Assembly (NCBI GenBank): GCA_002269645.1
Contig: NIVC01000403.1
Location: forward strand, 1-64,000
From: Macrostomum lignano
Taxonomy: Eukaryota
Direction of reading: 5' to 3'
DNA: 64,000 nucleotides
In this document: positions 23,285 to 36,165 of the stretch, piece after piece
How positions within the stretch are numbered: position 1 is the first letter of the stretch
Layout: the number at the start of each line of letters is the position of its first letter
Notes under the pieces: model-generated
What the model was told of the DNA's origin: nothing
Seen by the model: the letters and a program-made list of their open reading frames with translations, nothing else
Database searches by the model: none
Position numbers and translations under genes: made by a program

Positions 23285-23584
23285 GCGGTGACCAGCAGCC
23301 GCCAGCTGAGGAGAACGGTCCCCAGGACACCTATTCGGCCATCCGCTCGGCCGACACTGAGCAGGGCGAGCCAGAAAAGATTCGCCAATGGCGCATAGAA
23401 TTCGAAGCTAAAATTGCCGAGAAAGACGAGGCCGAGGCCAAAGCTATTAACGAATGGCGCGAGTCTGCCAAGCACGAGCTGGAGACCTGGGCCAAGAATC
23501 ACGAGGAGCAGATGGCTAAGAATAAGACTGGCAATCGGGAGACTCAGGAAGCTTTCATTCGGGAGCGCGATGAAAGCCTGCCTG
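23285..23584 (+). CDS. Clc: Clathrin light chain, exon 2 (heavy-chain-binding helix)
   Basis: GCCAG|...NGPQDTYSAIRSAD...EPEKIRQWR...AKHELETW...NKTGNRETQEAFIRERDESLPG|GTAAGA. 300 nt, phase 1/1. Confidence 0.95.
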
Positions 23585-23726
23585 GTAAGACGGCTATTCG
23601 GGTCATGCGATGATTTTTGGGGGCGTAAGACAGAAAGATGAGTCATGGCTTCTTCGCCATTCTCTTGAATATTTTGCAAAGCCATTTTAGAAATCTTCAG
23701 GTTTGGCCGCCGTTTTAACCCGCCGG

Positions 23727-23922
23727 CCTCCCAGATCCTCAGTTGCTGGGCCAGCCTCCCAGATCCTCAGCTGCTGGGCCAGCCTCCCAGATCCTCAGCT
23801 GCTGGGCCAGCCTCCCAGATCCTCAGTTGCTGGGCCAGCCTCCCAGATCCTCAGTTGCTGGGCCAGCCTCCCAGATCCTCAGTTGCTGGGCCAGCCTTCC
23901 AGATCCTCAGTTGCTGGGCCAG
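23727..23922. repeat. 28-bp minisatellite (GCCTCCCAGATCCTCAGTTGCTGGGCCA)
   Basis: About 7 copies in clathrin light chain intron 2. Confidence 0.95.
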
Positions 23923-24062
23923 CCACCAACGCTAAGCAGCCACTTTGTAAAAGAGAGTCGCATTGTCAGTGCTATTTTGGGCACCCATTGCTGATAATTT
24001 GGAACCCAAGCTGTAATATCGCACTAACGAACTCAAAAGCAACACAATAATTGCCCGCGCAG

Positions 24063-24080
24063 GTGCCCATACTGAGCCAG
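24063..24080 (+). CDS. Clc: Candidate 18-nt in-frame microexon of clathrin light chain (adds AHTEPG)
   Basis: Branch-point-like CACTAAC (24022-24028), AG at 24061-62, exon GTGCCCATACTGAGCCAG, donor GTATGC. Phase 1/1, no stop. Confidence 0.55.
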
Positions 24081-24799
24081 GTATGCCGCCTCGACGGCCT
24101 GTCATGATTTGTCTGTTTCAGTTGATCCCTATTCTCGTGAAATTGTTTGGTTTCTGTTTAGTTCAATCGATAGACCTGCGCCCTATAGTGAGACACTGCA
24201 GTCCAACGGCGCCACCGTTTAACAGTGCCAGCTGGGATGCTAATGAATTATTTTACCTATTTAACATGGCCTTATTTGTTGTTATTTATCCTAAATGTGC
24301 GTCGCATGTTCTAATCATATTAATGAGGACAGTAAAGGTTTTTAGGCTTAGGAAGGCAAAATAATGCATGCATGAACACACATTTAATAGTCGGATTTTT
24401 ATGTTAAATAGCAAAGTACGGCCAAGCCTGTATTGGGTCCGATTGTATGTTAACACGAATTGTACAGATTTAAAGTGCACGCACAACAAAAAGTATTATT
24501 GTTATTCTGCCAATGTATAATTTTTTTAAGTTGGCAAACCCTACGTTAAAGATGCGCCCTAACAACATTGTCAATTTATTGTTTCTGTGGTCGCATGCTT
24601 TTTTGCTACTCGTAGTAGTATATCAAATAGCGTATTTTTTAAATCGTGGCTGTTATTGGTACTTTTTACTAATCGCTTGGTAGTTACGATTAGGGTTATT
24701 TATTATTTATGTTCAGTCATGATTTACAATAGAGAGACTTGGCTTTTGATCGTCTGGTTCCCTTGTATTTATTATTGCCAAGGGACTTATCAGCTTGGT

Positions 24800-25365
24800 T
24801 TTGTTGTCCAGTTTGTGAAGTGTCCAGTTTGTGAAGTGTCCAGTTTGTGAAGTGTCCAGTTTGTGAAGTGTCCAGCTTGTGAAGTGTCCAGTTTGTGAAG
24901 TGTCCAGTTTGTGAATTTTCCAGTTTGTGAAGAGTCCAGTTTGTGAAGAGTCCAGTTTGTGAATTTTCCAGTTTGTGAAGTGTCCAGTTTGTGAAGTGTC
25001 CAGTTTGTGAAGAGTCCAGTTTGTGAAGTGTCCAGTTTGTGAAGTGTCTAGTTTGTGAAGTGTCCAGTTTGTGAAGAGTCCAGTTTGTGAAGTGTCCAGT
25101 TTGTGAATTGTCCAGTTTGTGAAGTGTCCAGTTTGTGAAGAGTCCAGTTTGTGAATTTTCCAGTTTGTGAATTTTCCAGTTTGTGAAGTGTCCAGTTTGT
25201 GAAGAGTCCAGTTTGTGAAGTGTACAGTTTGTGAAGAGTCCAGTTTGTGAAGTGTCCAGTTTGTGAAGAGTTCAGTTTGTGAATTTTCCAGTTTGTGAAT
25301 TTTCCAGTTTGTGAAGTGTCCAGTTTGTGAAGAGTCCAGTTTGTGAAGCATCCAGTTTGTGAAGG
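24800..25365. repeat. 16-bp minisatellite (CCAGTTTGTGAAGTGT)
   Basis: About 35 copies upstream of the last clathrin light chain exon. Confidence 0.95.
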
Positions 25366-25444
25366 GGATGCAGGGTGTCGCTCACTCCTCAAAGCTTTAT
25401 CCGCATCATCGTCACTCACTCAACCCCACCGCAACTTCCCTCAG

Positions 25445-25569
25445 GCGGCGAGTGGGAGCGAGTGGCCCGCCTGTGCGACTTCAACCCGAAGACGGGCAAG
25501 CAGACAAAGGACGTCAGCCGGATGCGCAGTATCCTGTTCCGGCTCAAGACCGAACCACTTGTGCGCTGA
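25445..25569 (+). CDS. Clc: Clathrin light chain, last exon
   Basis: CCTCAG|GGEWERVARLCDFNPKTGKQTKDVSRMRSILFRLKTEPLVR*, the hallmark CLC C-terminus 'EWERVARLCDFNPK...KDVSRMRS'. Confidence 0.97.
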
Positions 25570-26066
25570 GCTGGTGTCTTACTGACTGACATCCCTGTTT
25601 TGCTAGTAGTAACGGATCTTTAATCTGAGACTTGACACCTTTAATTTATAACAGCGCTTCAAAAACACTTTGAAAATTTAATTCCTGAGTCATTGATTGA
25701 GTTTTATCTCTATTTATTTGTTTAATTAAATTATTAATTTCCAATGTCTCGTGATTCTGTTCTGTCTTATCTTCTCTGTACTCGGTCTGTTCTCTATTGA
25801 ATGCACCATTGGATATTGTCAGTAGAACTTGGCATCTGTCACCCTCGTCATTATATTTAGCCTGTTTAATTTTTCACCTAAGTTGTTGATTCTTGATAAA
25901 TCTTTGTGAAGTCTCTTTTTCGTGTTTAATTTTTGTCAATTCTCAAATCTGCCACAATTACCTACTTATTGGTAAACAATAATATTCGTTTATTATTAAC
26001 TATTTTTATTGCATAACTGTCGCATGCTTATTGTTCGGTTTTTTAAATGTGATCTGACCAATCTAT

Positions 26067-26072
26067 AATAAA
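26067..26072 (+). terminator. Possible polyadenylation signal of clathrin light chain
   Basis: AATAAA ~500 nt after the stop codon in a T-rich 3' region. Confidence 0.35.
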
Positions 26073-26324
26073 ATATTAATCTGCGTGTTTGATCAGTTTT
26101 GTTTAATTCATTTATTAAATACGAATATACCTGTCGCATGTTGTGTCTGGCGCAGTAACAATTGAAAATAATCATATATTGAGATAATTATGGTGTTTAA
26201 ACTGCATGTTTTTTTGAGCTCTGCCGTAAACGCGTCCGAATCAAGCACCACTGTGATGTAACAGGATATAAAACTCAAAGATCCTGTCATTTTTGAAGGC
26301 ACACGTTGATCCTTGATCTCTAAA

Positions 26325-27540
26325 AAGTTGAATTGCTGAGGTGTCAGGCTTGGCGAGTTGCTGAGATGTCAGGCTTTGGGGGAATTGCTGAGATGTCAGG
26401 CTTGGGGGATTGCTGAGATGTCAGGCTTGGATGGATTGCTGAGATGTCAGGCTTTGGGGGGATTGCTGAGATGTCAGGCTTGGGGGGATTGCTGAGATGT
26501 CAGGCTTGGGGGGATTGCTGAGATGTCAGGCTTGGGGGGATTGCTGAGATGTCAGGCTTGGGGGGATTGTTGAGATGTCAGGCTTGGGGGGATTGCTGAG
26601 ATGTCAGGCTTGGGGGGATTGCTGAAATGTCAAGGCTGACTGGGGAATTGCTGAGATGTCAGGCTTTGGGGGAATTGCTGAGATGTCAAGGCTGACTGGG
26701 GAATTGCTGAGATGTCAGGCTTTGGGGAATTGCTGAGATGTCAGGCTTTGGGGGAATTGCTGAGATGTCAGGCTTTGGGGGGATTGCTGAGATGTCAGGC
26801 TTGGGGGGATTGCTGAGATGTCAGGCTTGGGGGGATTGCTGAAATGTCAAGGCTGACTGGGGAATTGCTGAGATGTCAGGCTTTGGGGGAATTGCTGAGA
26901 TGTCAAGGCTGACTGGGGAATTGCTGAGATGTCAGGCTTTGGGGAATTGCTGAGATGTCAGGCTTTGGGGAATTGCTGAGATGTCAGGCTTTGGGGGAAT
27001 TGCTGAGATGTCAGGCTTTGGGGGGATTGCTGAGATGTCAGGCTTGGGGGGATTGCTGAGATGTCAGGCTTGGGGGGATTGCTGAGATGTCAGGCTTAGC
27101 GGGAAAGCTGAGATGTCAGGCTTAGTGGGATTGCTGAGATGTCAGGCTTAGCGGGAAAGCTGAGATGTCAGGCTTAGTGGGATTGCTGAGATGTCAGGCT
27201 TAGGGGGAATGCTGAGATGTCAGGCTTAGGGGGAATGCTGAGATGTCAGGCTTGGGGGGATCGCTGAGATGTCAGGCTTAGGGGGAATGCTGAGATGTCA
27301 GGCTTAGGGGGAATGCTGAGATGTCAGGCTTAGGGGGAATGCTGAGATGTCAGGCTTAGGGGGAATGCTGAGATGTCAGGCTTAGGGGGAATGCTGAGAT
27401 GTCAGGCTTAGGGGGAATGCTGAGATGTCAAGGCTTGCGGGGGATTGCTGAGATGTCAAGGCTTGCGGGGGAATGCTGAGATGTCAAGGCTTGCGGGGGA
27501 ATTGCTGAGATGTCAGGCTTGGGGGGATTGCTGAGATGAG
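26325..27540. repeat. 26-29-bp minisatellite, core ATTGCTGAGATGTCA(A)GGCT
   Basis: Direct reading. Same family as 3390 and 10205. Confidence 0.95.
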
Positions 27541-28239
27541 AGGTCAAAGGTTGCATGTAGTCTATTAGAAAAATTTGTATTCTATTCATTGTTGCCTCTC
27601 CAATGGGTGGGCGGTGATAGCTTAATTAGTTGAAAGTAAAGGTGAGCGCGAATCAAGCACCGGCGCACCCAGAGTTCTCAATATACTACTTGTCAAGTAG
27701 CCAATTCAGCGCATAGTTCCATTATTCAAACCTTAATAAAAGAGCCGTGTTGGCCAATTTGTTCTTCGACTCCCATGCTAACAATGCGTAACAATACAAG
27801 AAGCGGGCTCTTGTAATTCTTTATTATAAGTTACTGTAATAGCGAAAATTTATTTGTACACGCCTGAGACGCAGACAACTAAAGTTAATTAATTAATTAT
27901 GATTTATGACAGCAGAACTGCCGCCGGCAAGTCAATGCGGATCACCTGCTTTGCTGCGGATTGTCTGTTTGGCAGCGAGCCATACAAATTGCGTATGTTT
28001 CTGCCAGCTATGAGTCTATAGTAGCAAGTACTCACAAAAGAATCGTACATGCACATGCAACCGAGCTTGCATGTAGCCTGCACCCAGACTGTGCGCTTTG
28101 AGTCGGGAAGATTTGGCCAGACGTATCGATCTGTAGGAAGACCATGTACCCGCACTCTTATGGTTTTCTGTGTAAATATGTACGAGTTGCGATATTTGCT
28201 TCTAGGAAATCAGCACTACAGTCTCCAACCAAAAACTCT

Positions 28240-28790
28240 AAACCCTGAACCCAAAAAATCTAAACCCTGAACCCGAAGAATCTGAAGCCTGACCCAAGAA
28301 TCTAAACCCTGAAACCAAGAATCTAAACCCTGAAACCAAGAATCTAAACCCTGAACACTACGAAACTAAACCCTGAACCCAAGAAACTAAACACTCAACT
28401 AAAGATTCTAAATCCTGAACCCAAGAATCTAAACCCTGAACCCAATAATCTAAACCCTGAAACCAAAGAATCTAAACCCTGAACCCAAAGAATCTAAACC
28501 CTGAACTAAAGAGTCAAAACCCTGAACCCAAAAATCTAAACCCTGAGCCCAAGAAAATTAACCCTGAACCCAAGAAAATTAACTCTAAACACAAAGAAAC
28601 TAAACCCTGAACCCAAGAATCTAAACCCTGAACCCAAGAAAATTAACTCTAAACACAAAGAATCTAAACCCTGAACTCATCAAGAATCTAAACCCTGAAC
28701 CCAAGAATCTAAACCCTGAACCCAAGAAAATTAACCCTGAACTCAAAGAAACTAAACCCTGAACCCAAGAATCTAAACACTGAACTTATT
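28240..28790. repeat. ~21-bp minisatellite (AATCTAAACCCTGAACCCAAG)
   Basis: Direct reading, with an internal 7-nt sub-periodicity. Confidence 0.9.
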
Positions 28791-29203
28791 GACTCAAACC
28801 CAAGGTAATATTTCATGAGACCCAGTTGCTTACAATAAAAAGTCCCAAAGCCAAGAACTCAAAAACCCTGAAATTCAAACTCTGGTTTTATGGCCTAATT
28901 AAGGAAACTGCGTTAATTAGATTTACCGCAAAGAAGAAGTAATTGAAGCTTCATTCAACTTCAGCGCTATTTCTTGATCGAATGAAACTAGAGAGGAATC
29001 TGTGTTTTCATAGGTAAATCAAGGCAGTCAATGTCAGAGCTTGCTCAGACTTTTAATAACGTATAACGGCTGGGTTTCGTTCTAACTCTACATTTCAAGC
29101 CACAACCGCTCAACGGATTTACGATAGAGAACCTGTTGGCTCCATGGAGTCGGCTCCAGCGAACTGAACAAGTTCTGGTGTGTGGGGGCTCCTGATCCCC
29201 CAC

Positions 29204-29317
<114 letters not shown>

Positions 29318-29534
29318 AGCTCTGCTCACCAGCTTGTCAATATTTGGGCCGCGGCCTCTTAGTCTCACTGGTTGCTTCTGTACTTAAGTGCAGATTCTGA
29401 TTGCATTGACATTACGGGTTATGGGGGTTAACCCGTAAACTGCTCTCACTCTGTCTCAGATCCTCCGCTTTAATCTGATCACCGCCGACTAACGGGTACC
29501 GCTCCTGAAACAGCTCTAGCTGTTTTTTAACAGC

Positions 29535-29890
29535 TCCCCTACAGAATCCCCTACATCCTTAAAGCCTCCCCTACACCTCTACAGCCTCTCCTACACTCCA
29601 ACAGCCTCCCCTACACCCCTACAGCCTCTCCTACACCCCTACAGCCTCTCCTACACCCCTACAGCCTCTCCTACACCCCATACAGCCTCTCCTACACCCC
29701 TACAGCCTCCCCTACACCCCTACAGCCTCCCCTACACCCCTATAGCCTCCCCTACACCCCTATAGCCTCCCCTACACCTCTAAAGCCTCCCCTACAGCCT
29801 TCCCTACAGCCTACCCTACAGTCTCCCCTACAGCTTCCTCCTACAGCCTCCCCTGCAGCCTCCCTTACAGCTTCCCCCTACAGCCTCCCC
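29535..29890. repeat. 20-bp minisatellite (CTACAGCCTCCCCTACACCC)
   Basis: Direct reading. Confidence 0.9.
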
Positions 29891-31194
29891 CCAAAGCGTC
29901 ACTCCAATTTAACCAACGATCCGAAACCAACATTTTGTCCCGTTAATTAGCTCATCGCCAGAGTCGAGTGAGTTTCTATGCACAATGGTTCGGCAGTTCA
30001 CGTGTTTTTTCTCACTAATTGCCCCCCTCATATACTCAACTCCAGCATTCTCTCACCAAACAATGGAAATCGCATGGCTCACCTTAACTAATTGAAGGCA
30101 CGCACAAGATTTCCGAATAATTTCCGAGCTCGTAAAGGACGGAGATGGAAGCTGAGCCTAAGGAATCAGCATTCTCTTCCCCCCCCCCCCAGAGCCCTCC
30201 TCCTAATTCTGAGCAGTTCAAAAACAAAGTCTTTCATCCAAATTTCCTCAAACTGCTCAATTAAACCTTCCTCACGGCCCCGTTCTGCCTGCGCGTACGC
30301 CAGCCTGCCTGCCTGCCTGTGCCAGCTACCGGGGGGGGGGGGGGAAGGTAGGGGCGGGAGGACAGGACTTGGGACTTGGGCGGTGAGTTAAGAAGGAGAG
30401 GCCGCGGTGGCGGCGGCTCCTTTGAAGACTCGCCGGCGCAGTCCTGGCCAAGGCAGGCAACGCCCCCCCCCAGCCCCGGACCTCCCCCCCGGTCAATATT
30501 CTCCGCTCCGAGTCTTTTCCTCGCCCGGCCGGCCGTTATCCCACACCTCCCCCGGTCATATTCCACTCCGATTGCCCATGGGAACGGAGAGGCCTGTGTT
30601 GCACCCAACTGTCTTCTTCTTTTAGCTCTAGCTGCCCCCCCCCAGCTATATCTGTCACTTTCTTTGGTTAATATCTTTTTTTAGATTCTCCCTATCGACT
30701 GAGATTGCCAATTAATTCGATGTAAAATGCGTGATTCTCTCCAACCAGTCGAAACTGACCTGCCTTTCTCTCTCTTCTCGCTCTAATCTAATCTTGGTTT
30801 TTTGTCTGAAATCGTTTATGGCTATTTGAGCGGCACCTGACGACTGAGACTTAAGAGGGTCCATCGTGGGTGGGCTAGTCTCTAAGCGCGAGTAGTGCTA
30901 TAAGTCTAACAAAATCTGAGTTGGTATGGCATGGCATGCTTTCGCCGATCAGGATATGCTGGTCCGGTCAAAGGCTGCGTGGGTGGCCCTCTTGATTGAC
31001 CGCATGGGGGATCGCGAGAAATCCCAACCATTGCTGTTGTTGTTACCATGGTGATGGGATTTAGTTTTTCTCGTCTTTCCTGCGCTGTGTGCTTTATATT
31101 TAACTTAACAAATAGGTGGATAATCGTATTTAATAATTATAAACTCTAAATCATATCCGATGATTATATTAAAATATTTATTGTTTAACGAACG

Positions 31195-31705
31195 ACTGTA
31201 TACTATATTTCTACCCGACTGTCTATGCTCTATTCTATACTGTCTACCCAACTGCCTATGCTCTATTCTATACTGCCTACCCAACTGCCTATGCTCTATT
31301 CTATACTGCCTACCCAACTGCCTATGCTCTATTCTATACTGCCTACCCGACTGTCTATGCTCTATTCTATACTGCCTACCCAACTGCCTATGCTCTAATC
31401 TATACTGCCTACCCAACTGCCTATGCTCTATTCTATACTGCCTACCCAACTGCCTATGCTCTATTCTATACTGCCTACCCGACTGTCTATGCTCTATTCT
31501 ATACTGCCTACCCGACTGTCTATCTTCTACCCTATACTGTCTACCCTACTTTCTACCCTATACTGCCTACCCAACTGCCTATGCTCTATTCTATACTGTC
31601 TACCAGACTGTTTATCTTCTATCCAATACTGTCTACCCTACTGCCTACCCTATACTGTCTACCCTACTGTCTACCATATACTGTCTCTGCCTACCATACT
31701 GCTAC
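31195..31705. repeat. 33-bp minisatellite (CTGCCTACCCAACTGCCTATGCTCTATTCTATA)
   Basis: Direct reading. Confidence 0.93.
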
Positions 31706-32609
31706 GCTATCCAAACACAATCCAGCCACTTGTCAATAAGAGAGCACACCGCTTAGATCTGAGTCCATGCTCAAATAGCCACTCCATCAACTGATCCATT
31801 AAGTCCAAGAATAATGGACAATGGTTTCCGAGCGATCCATCGCTGTCGCTCTTGAACTGTCTTTTTTATCGAAATTTTCAATGCTCACCCAGTGTGTGTG
31901 AGTTGCATTTTTTACAATCGCTTCGATTCCGCAGTGCCAGCCGGAGGAAAGAGAGCGGACAAGGAGGCTGCTTGACCTCCATCTCGGCCGTGGATTGTGA
32001 AGACTTGGATAAACAACAAAGACACGCGATCAGCGCCTACCTTAGCAGAAGCAGAAAAAAAGTGTAAATCCAGTTGTTTGCTTATTCCAGCCTTGAAATT
32101 TTGATATCGAAAGAATAGGAAAAAGGATCTGAAGCTGACTATGGGATACCGACTGTCTGATCCCCTATAGGTTTCACGTTTTTTGCGGCTCTCCTTGCTT
32201 TGCCTCTCAGTGTGAGATGGTCTTCACACACTTGTGTCACAATGCGTTTTAAAAAACTCACAAAAATTTCAATACTGTGCGCAGACAGGATATCAGAGAA
32301 AGAGAGACTGAGCACTTTTTTACGACACCAACGGATCCATATGGCTTATGTCTTTCCATTGTGTGAGAAGCCGCCAAGAGCTTGTGTCCCCCGGATCGAG
32401 GACAATGCCCTCACGCTGTAATGGATCCAGATTCCGGAAGTGCGCGTTCAAAAAATGCCGCCAATATATTCAAACTGTTTTTGCTTATCGATCTGTGAGC
32501 TAACTCTTTCTCTGCCAGTTTTTTCTCTGCGCGAGATATATTGGCATCCGGGTTATTGGATGAGCTGGATGGCAACTGGTGCGTGTCCATGTCGGGATTG
32601 AGAGCTGGA

Positions 32610-33612
32610 GAGATAAGCTAAGGAGAGATAGAGAGAAAGAAAGCTAAGGGGCGATAGGGAGATAAGCTAATGGGAACTACAGAGATAAGCTGAGGGGGGC
32701 TACAGAGATAAGCTAAGGTCAGCTACAGAGATAAGCTAAGGGGGCCTACAGAGATAAGCTAAGGGGGGCTACAGAGATAAGCTAAGGGAGGCTACAGAGA
32801 TAAGCTAAGAGGAGCTACAGAGATAAGCTAATGAGAGCTACAGAGATAAGCTAATGAGAGCTACAGAGATAAGCTAATGAGAGCTACAGAGATAAGTTAA
32901 TGAGAGCTACAGAGATAAGCTAATGAGAGCTACAGAGATAAGCTAATGAGAGCTACAGAGATAAGCTAAGGTCAGCTACAGAGATAAGCTAATGAGAGCT
33001 ACAGAGATAAGTTAAGGGGAGCTACAGAGATAAGCTAAGGTCAGCTACAGAGATAAGCTAATGAGAGCTACAGAGATAAGCTAAGGGGAGCTACAGAGAT
33101 AAGCTAATGAGAGCTACAGAGATAAGCTAAGGTCAGCTACAGAGATAAGCTAATGAGAGCTACAGAGATAAGCTAATCAGAGCTACAGAGATAAGCTAAT
33201 GAGAGCTACAGAGATAAGCTAATGAGAGCTACAGAGATAAGTTAATGAGAGCTACAGAGATAAGCTAAGGGGAGCTACAGAGATAAGCTAAGGTCAGCTA
33301 CAGAGATAAGCTAAGGGGAGCTACAGAGATAAGCTAATGAGAGCTACAGAGATAAGCTAATGAGAGCTACAGAGATAAGCTAATCAGAGCTACAGAGATA
33401 AGCTAATCAGAGCTACAGAGATAAGCTAAGATGAGCTACAGAGATAAGCTAATGAGAGCTACAGAGATAAGCTAATCAGAGCTACAGAGATAAGCTAATC
33501 AGAGCTACAGAGATAAGCTAAGATGAGCTACAGAGATAAGCTAATGAGAGCTACAGAGATAAGCTAATCAGAGCTACAGAGATAAGCTAATCAGAGCTAC
33601 AGAGATAAGCTA
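32610..33612. repeat. 23-bp minisatellite (CTACAGAGATAAGCTAATGAGAG)
   Basis: About 43 copies. Confidence 0.95.
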
Positions 33613-34189
33613 CAAAGGCAGATTCAGAGTCTGCATGGAGAAGGTGCTCAGTGCGGGCCATGAGCTGTCACCTCAGCGTCTGAAACAATTAAAACTGAAT
33701 TGTATGGCTATTACTGTTGATAATCTGCCGACAGATCAGTCAAACAGATTTTATCCCACAAACGGGAATAGACTCCAGACAAGAGAGGCACTTGAAAGCT
33801 TGAAAGCGTAAACGCTTAGGATTTTGCCTCAACTGCAGTTCTCGGCTGCATTTGCATGGGAAGATTGGGGAATTGAAATCAGTAGGAATTGTTTCAGCAG
33901 CAGATGGGATCTGGCAATTATGAGAACGAGAATTATTGTTTTTTTAATATGCTCACAAGCATACAATTTGGAGATATCCAATCAGGCAGGGAACAATTGC
34001 TGTCTTTGTCACGATTCAGCTGCCATCGATTGGAGCAGCGGCAGCTGACTGAGTATTGATCGGGTGGTGCAGCGCTGATATGAATTTCCGATTTGGCTGC
34101 TGGGAGATGATGAGGCTGATTGCACTTGCAGCTTCTCGCATGGCTGCGTTTAGCTTCATTTGGACACCACTGCCGGCTGCAGCTGTTCC

Positions 34190-34324
<135 letters not shown>

Positions 34325-35257
34325 AAGCACCTTAGCACAACAGTGGCTGTTTAAACACAACTTCAAACTAATATCCACCTCAATACTCCAAGCCCAACAA
34401 TATCCGTGACATCTCATATCTTATTCAACAGCAGTTATTGTTAAACAAAGGTGAGACACGCTATTCTTCAACTGAGCGCACAAGCAATTGGCCGCCGCCA
34501 CTTGAACGCGGCTACGCAAAACTTTCTCCCGAATACACAGTATATTAAAAGTGTCCCAAATTAATAATAAGCAGCTCGGGAGTGCCAGCTGAGATTCTCT
34601 CAATGTTGAGCAAAATGGCAACACAGAGGATCCGCTGGGCGGCACTTCAAACGTGGCACAAAGACCCAGAGAGAATAAAATTGGTCCAAGTTACTCGTGC
34701 GGCTTCTCTCAAAGAAATTCGATGCCGTCTTCTTCAATGTAAGATTTTCTAGATTCTGCCGTTGACTTTTTAATTAAAACCTTCTCTCCAAGCTTCTCTC
34801 TCCCTCCATTGTTCGTCCGTCTTAAACACGAAATTCCAACACAAAAACTTGGCGGCTGTATTACGTTGGCTAGACAACATCGACTAGTTCTAGTCTAGCT
34901 TACTAAATATTTGAATTTATTCTTAAAGCCTATGCATACCTGATGTGAGAGTTCAGTTTACACTCTGGGGTGGAGTTGTCCAGGTTCGGGAAAGGTTTGC
35001 ATGTTACCAGGTAGGCATGCATTGCTCGTTACCGATTCAGTGCTAAGCACCGGGTGTTGAATTGCATCTTCGAATTTCGATGCCCTAATGATGCAATACC
35101 ACCCTCGTTGTCAGGCCAGGGTTGGGACATCTCCGTGTTGCTATTGGATGCTTGCAGAAAGGCCGATATCTTGGCTTATTTGGGTCCCTTTTGGCTAGTT
35201 CATTGATTGATATATTGATAGATTGAATTAATTGATTAAATAATTATTCATTTCATT

Positions 35258-35408
35258 CGACTCATTTGACTCATTTGACTCATTTGACTCATTTGACTCA
35301 TTGACTCATTTGACTCATTTGACTCATTGACTCATTGATTCATTTGACTCATTGACTGATTTGACTCATTTGACTCATTTGACACATTGACTCATTTGAC
35401 TCATTGAC
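35258..35408. repeat. 8-9-bp repeat (TTTGACTCA)n
   Basis: Direct reading. Confidence 0.9.
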
Positions 35409-35946
35409 TGGTTTAACGCATTGATGAATTGTTTTATTAATCTATTTACAAAAGTCATCAATTCATTGTGTCTTGCACCTTGTACATTACAGCTAAGAAT
35501 TTCCCAGTCCTAAGCAGTACAAAAAGATCTCAGTGGCTGTAAAACTACTGAATTGCAGTCTCTTGGATTGTTTCAAAGTCTTAACGGAAACTGGTATAAC
35601 ACCTGCTTATACAGAGCAGTATTAGTATAATATCAGCTATAGTTATTATAGTAACTCATACCTCGGAATCACCGTTCCAATCTTCTTTAGCCTCTCTATT
35701 CATACTCGTACAGATGCTGAGTGACCTGGGCCCCCGCCCACTTCCCCCACTTGCTCTCTTGAAGTTCCCTTCCATACCCGAGAGCACTTCTTGCTCTTCA
35801 AAGTCTCGCCGATGCGGAGGAGGCTTTTTTCTTTCAACAAAAAATCCATGAAAGGAAAAGATTGAGAACGTCTATAGGTGAGAGTGAGTGAGGGAGAGTT
35901 ATATGAGTTTGAGCAATTCTTGGGCGGCTGGGTACATTTCACTTCA

Positions 35947-36165
35947 GGAAAGGAAAGGAAAGGAAAGGAAAGGAAAGGAAAGGAAAGGAAAGGAAAGGAA
36001 AGGAAAGGAAAGGAGATTAGAGATGAGAGATGAGAGAAGAGAGAAAAGCGAAGAGGGAAGAGAGAAGTGAGAAGAGAGTAGAGAGGAGAGGAGAAAGAAG
36101 AGAGAAAGAGAAGAGAGAGGAGAAAGAAGAGAGAAGAGAGAAGAGAGAAGAGAGAAGAGAGAAGA
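35947..36165. repeat. (GGAAA)n followed by GA-rich tract
   Basis: Direct reading. Confidence 0.95.
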
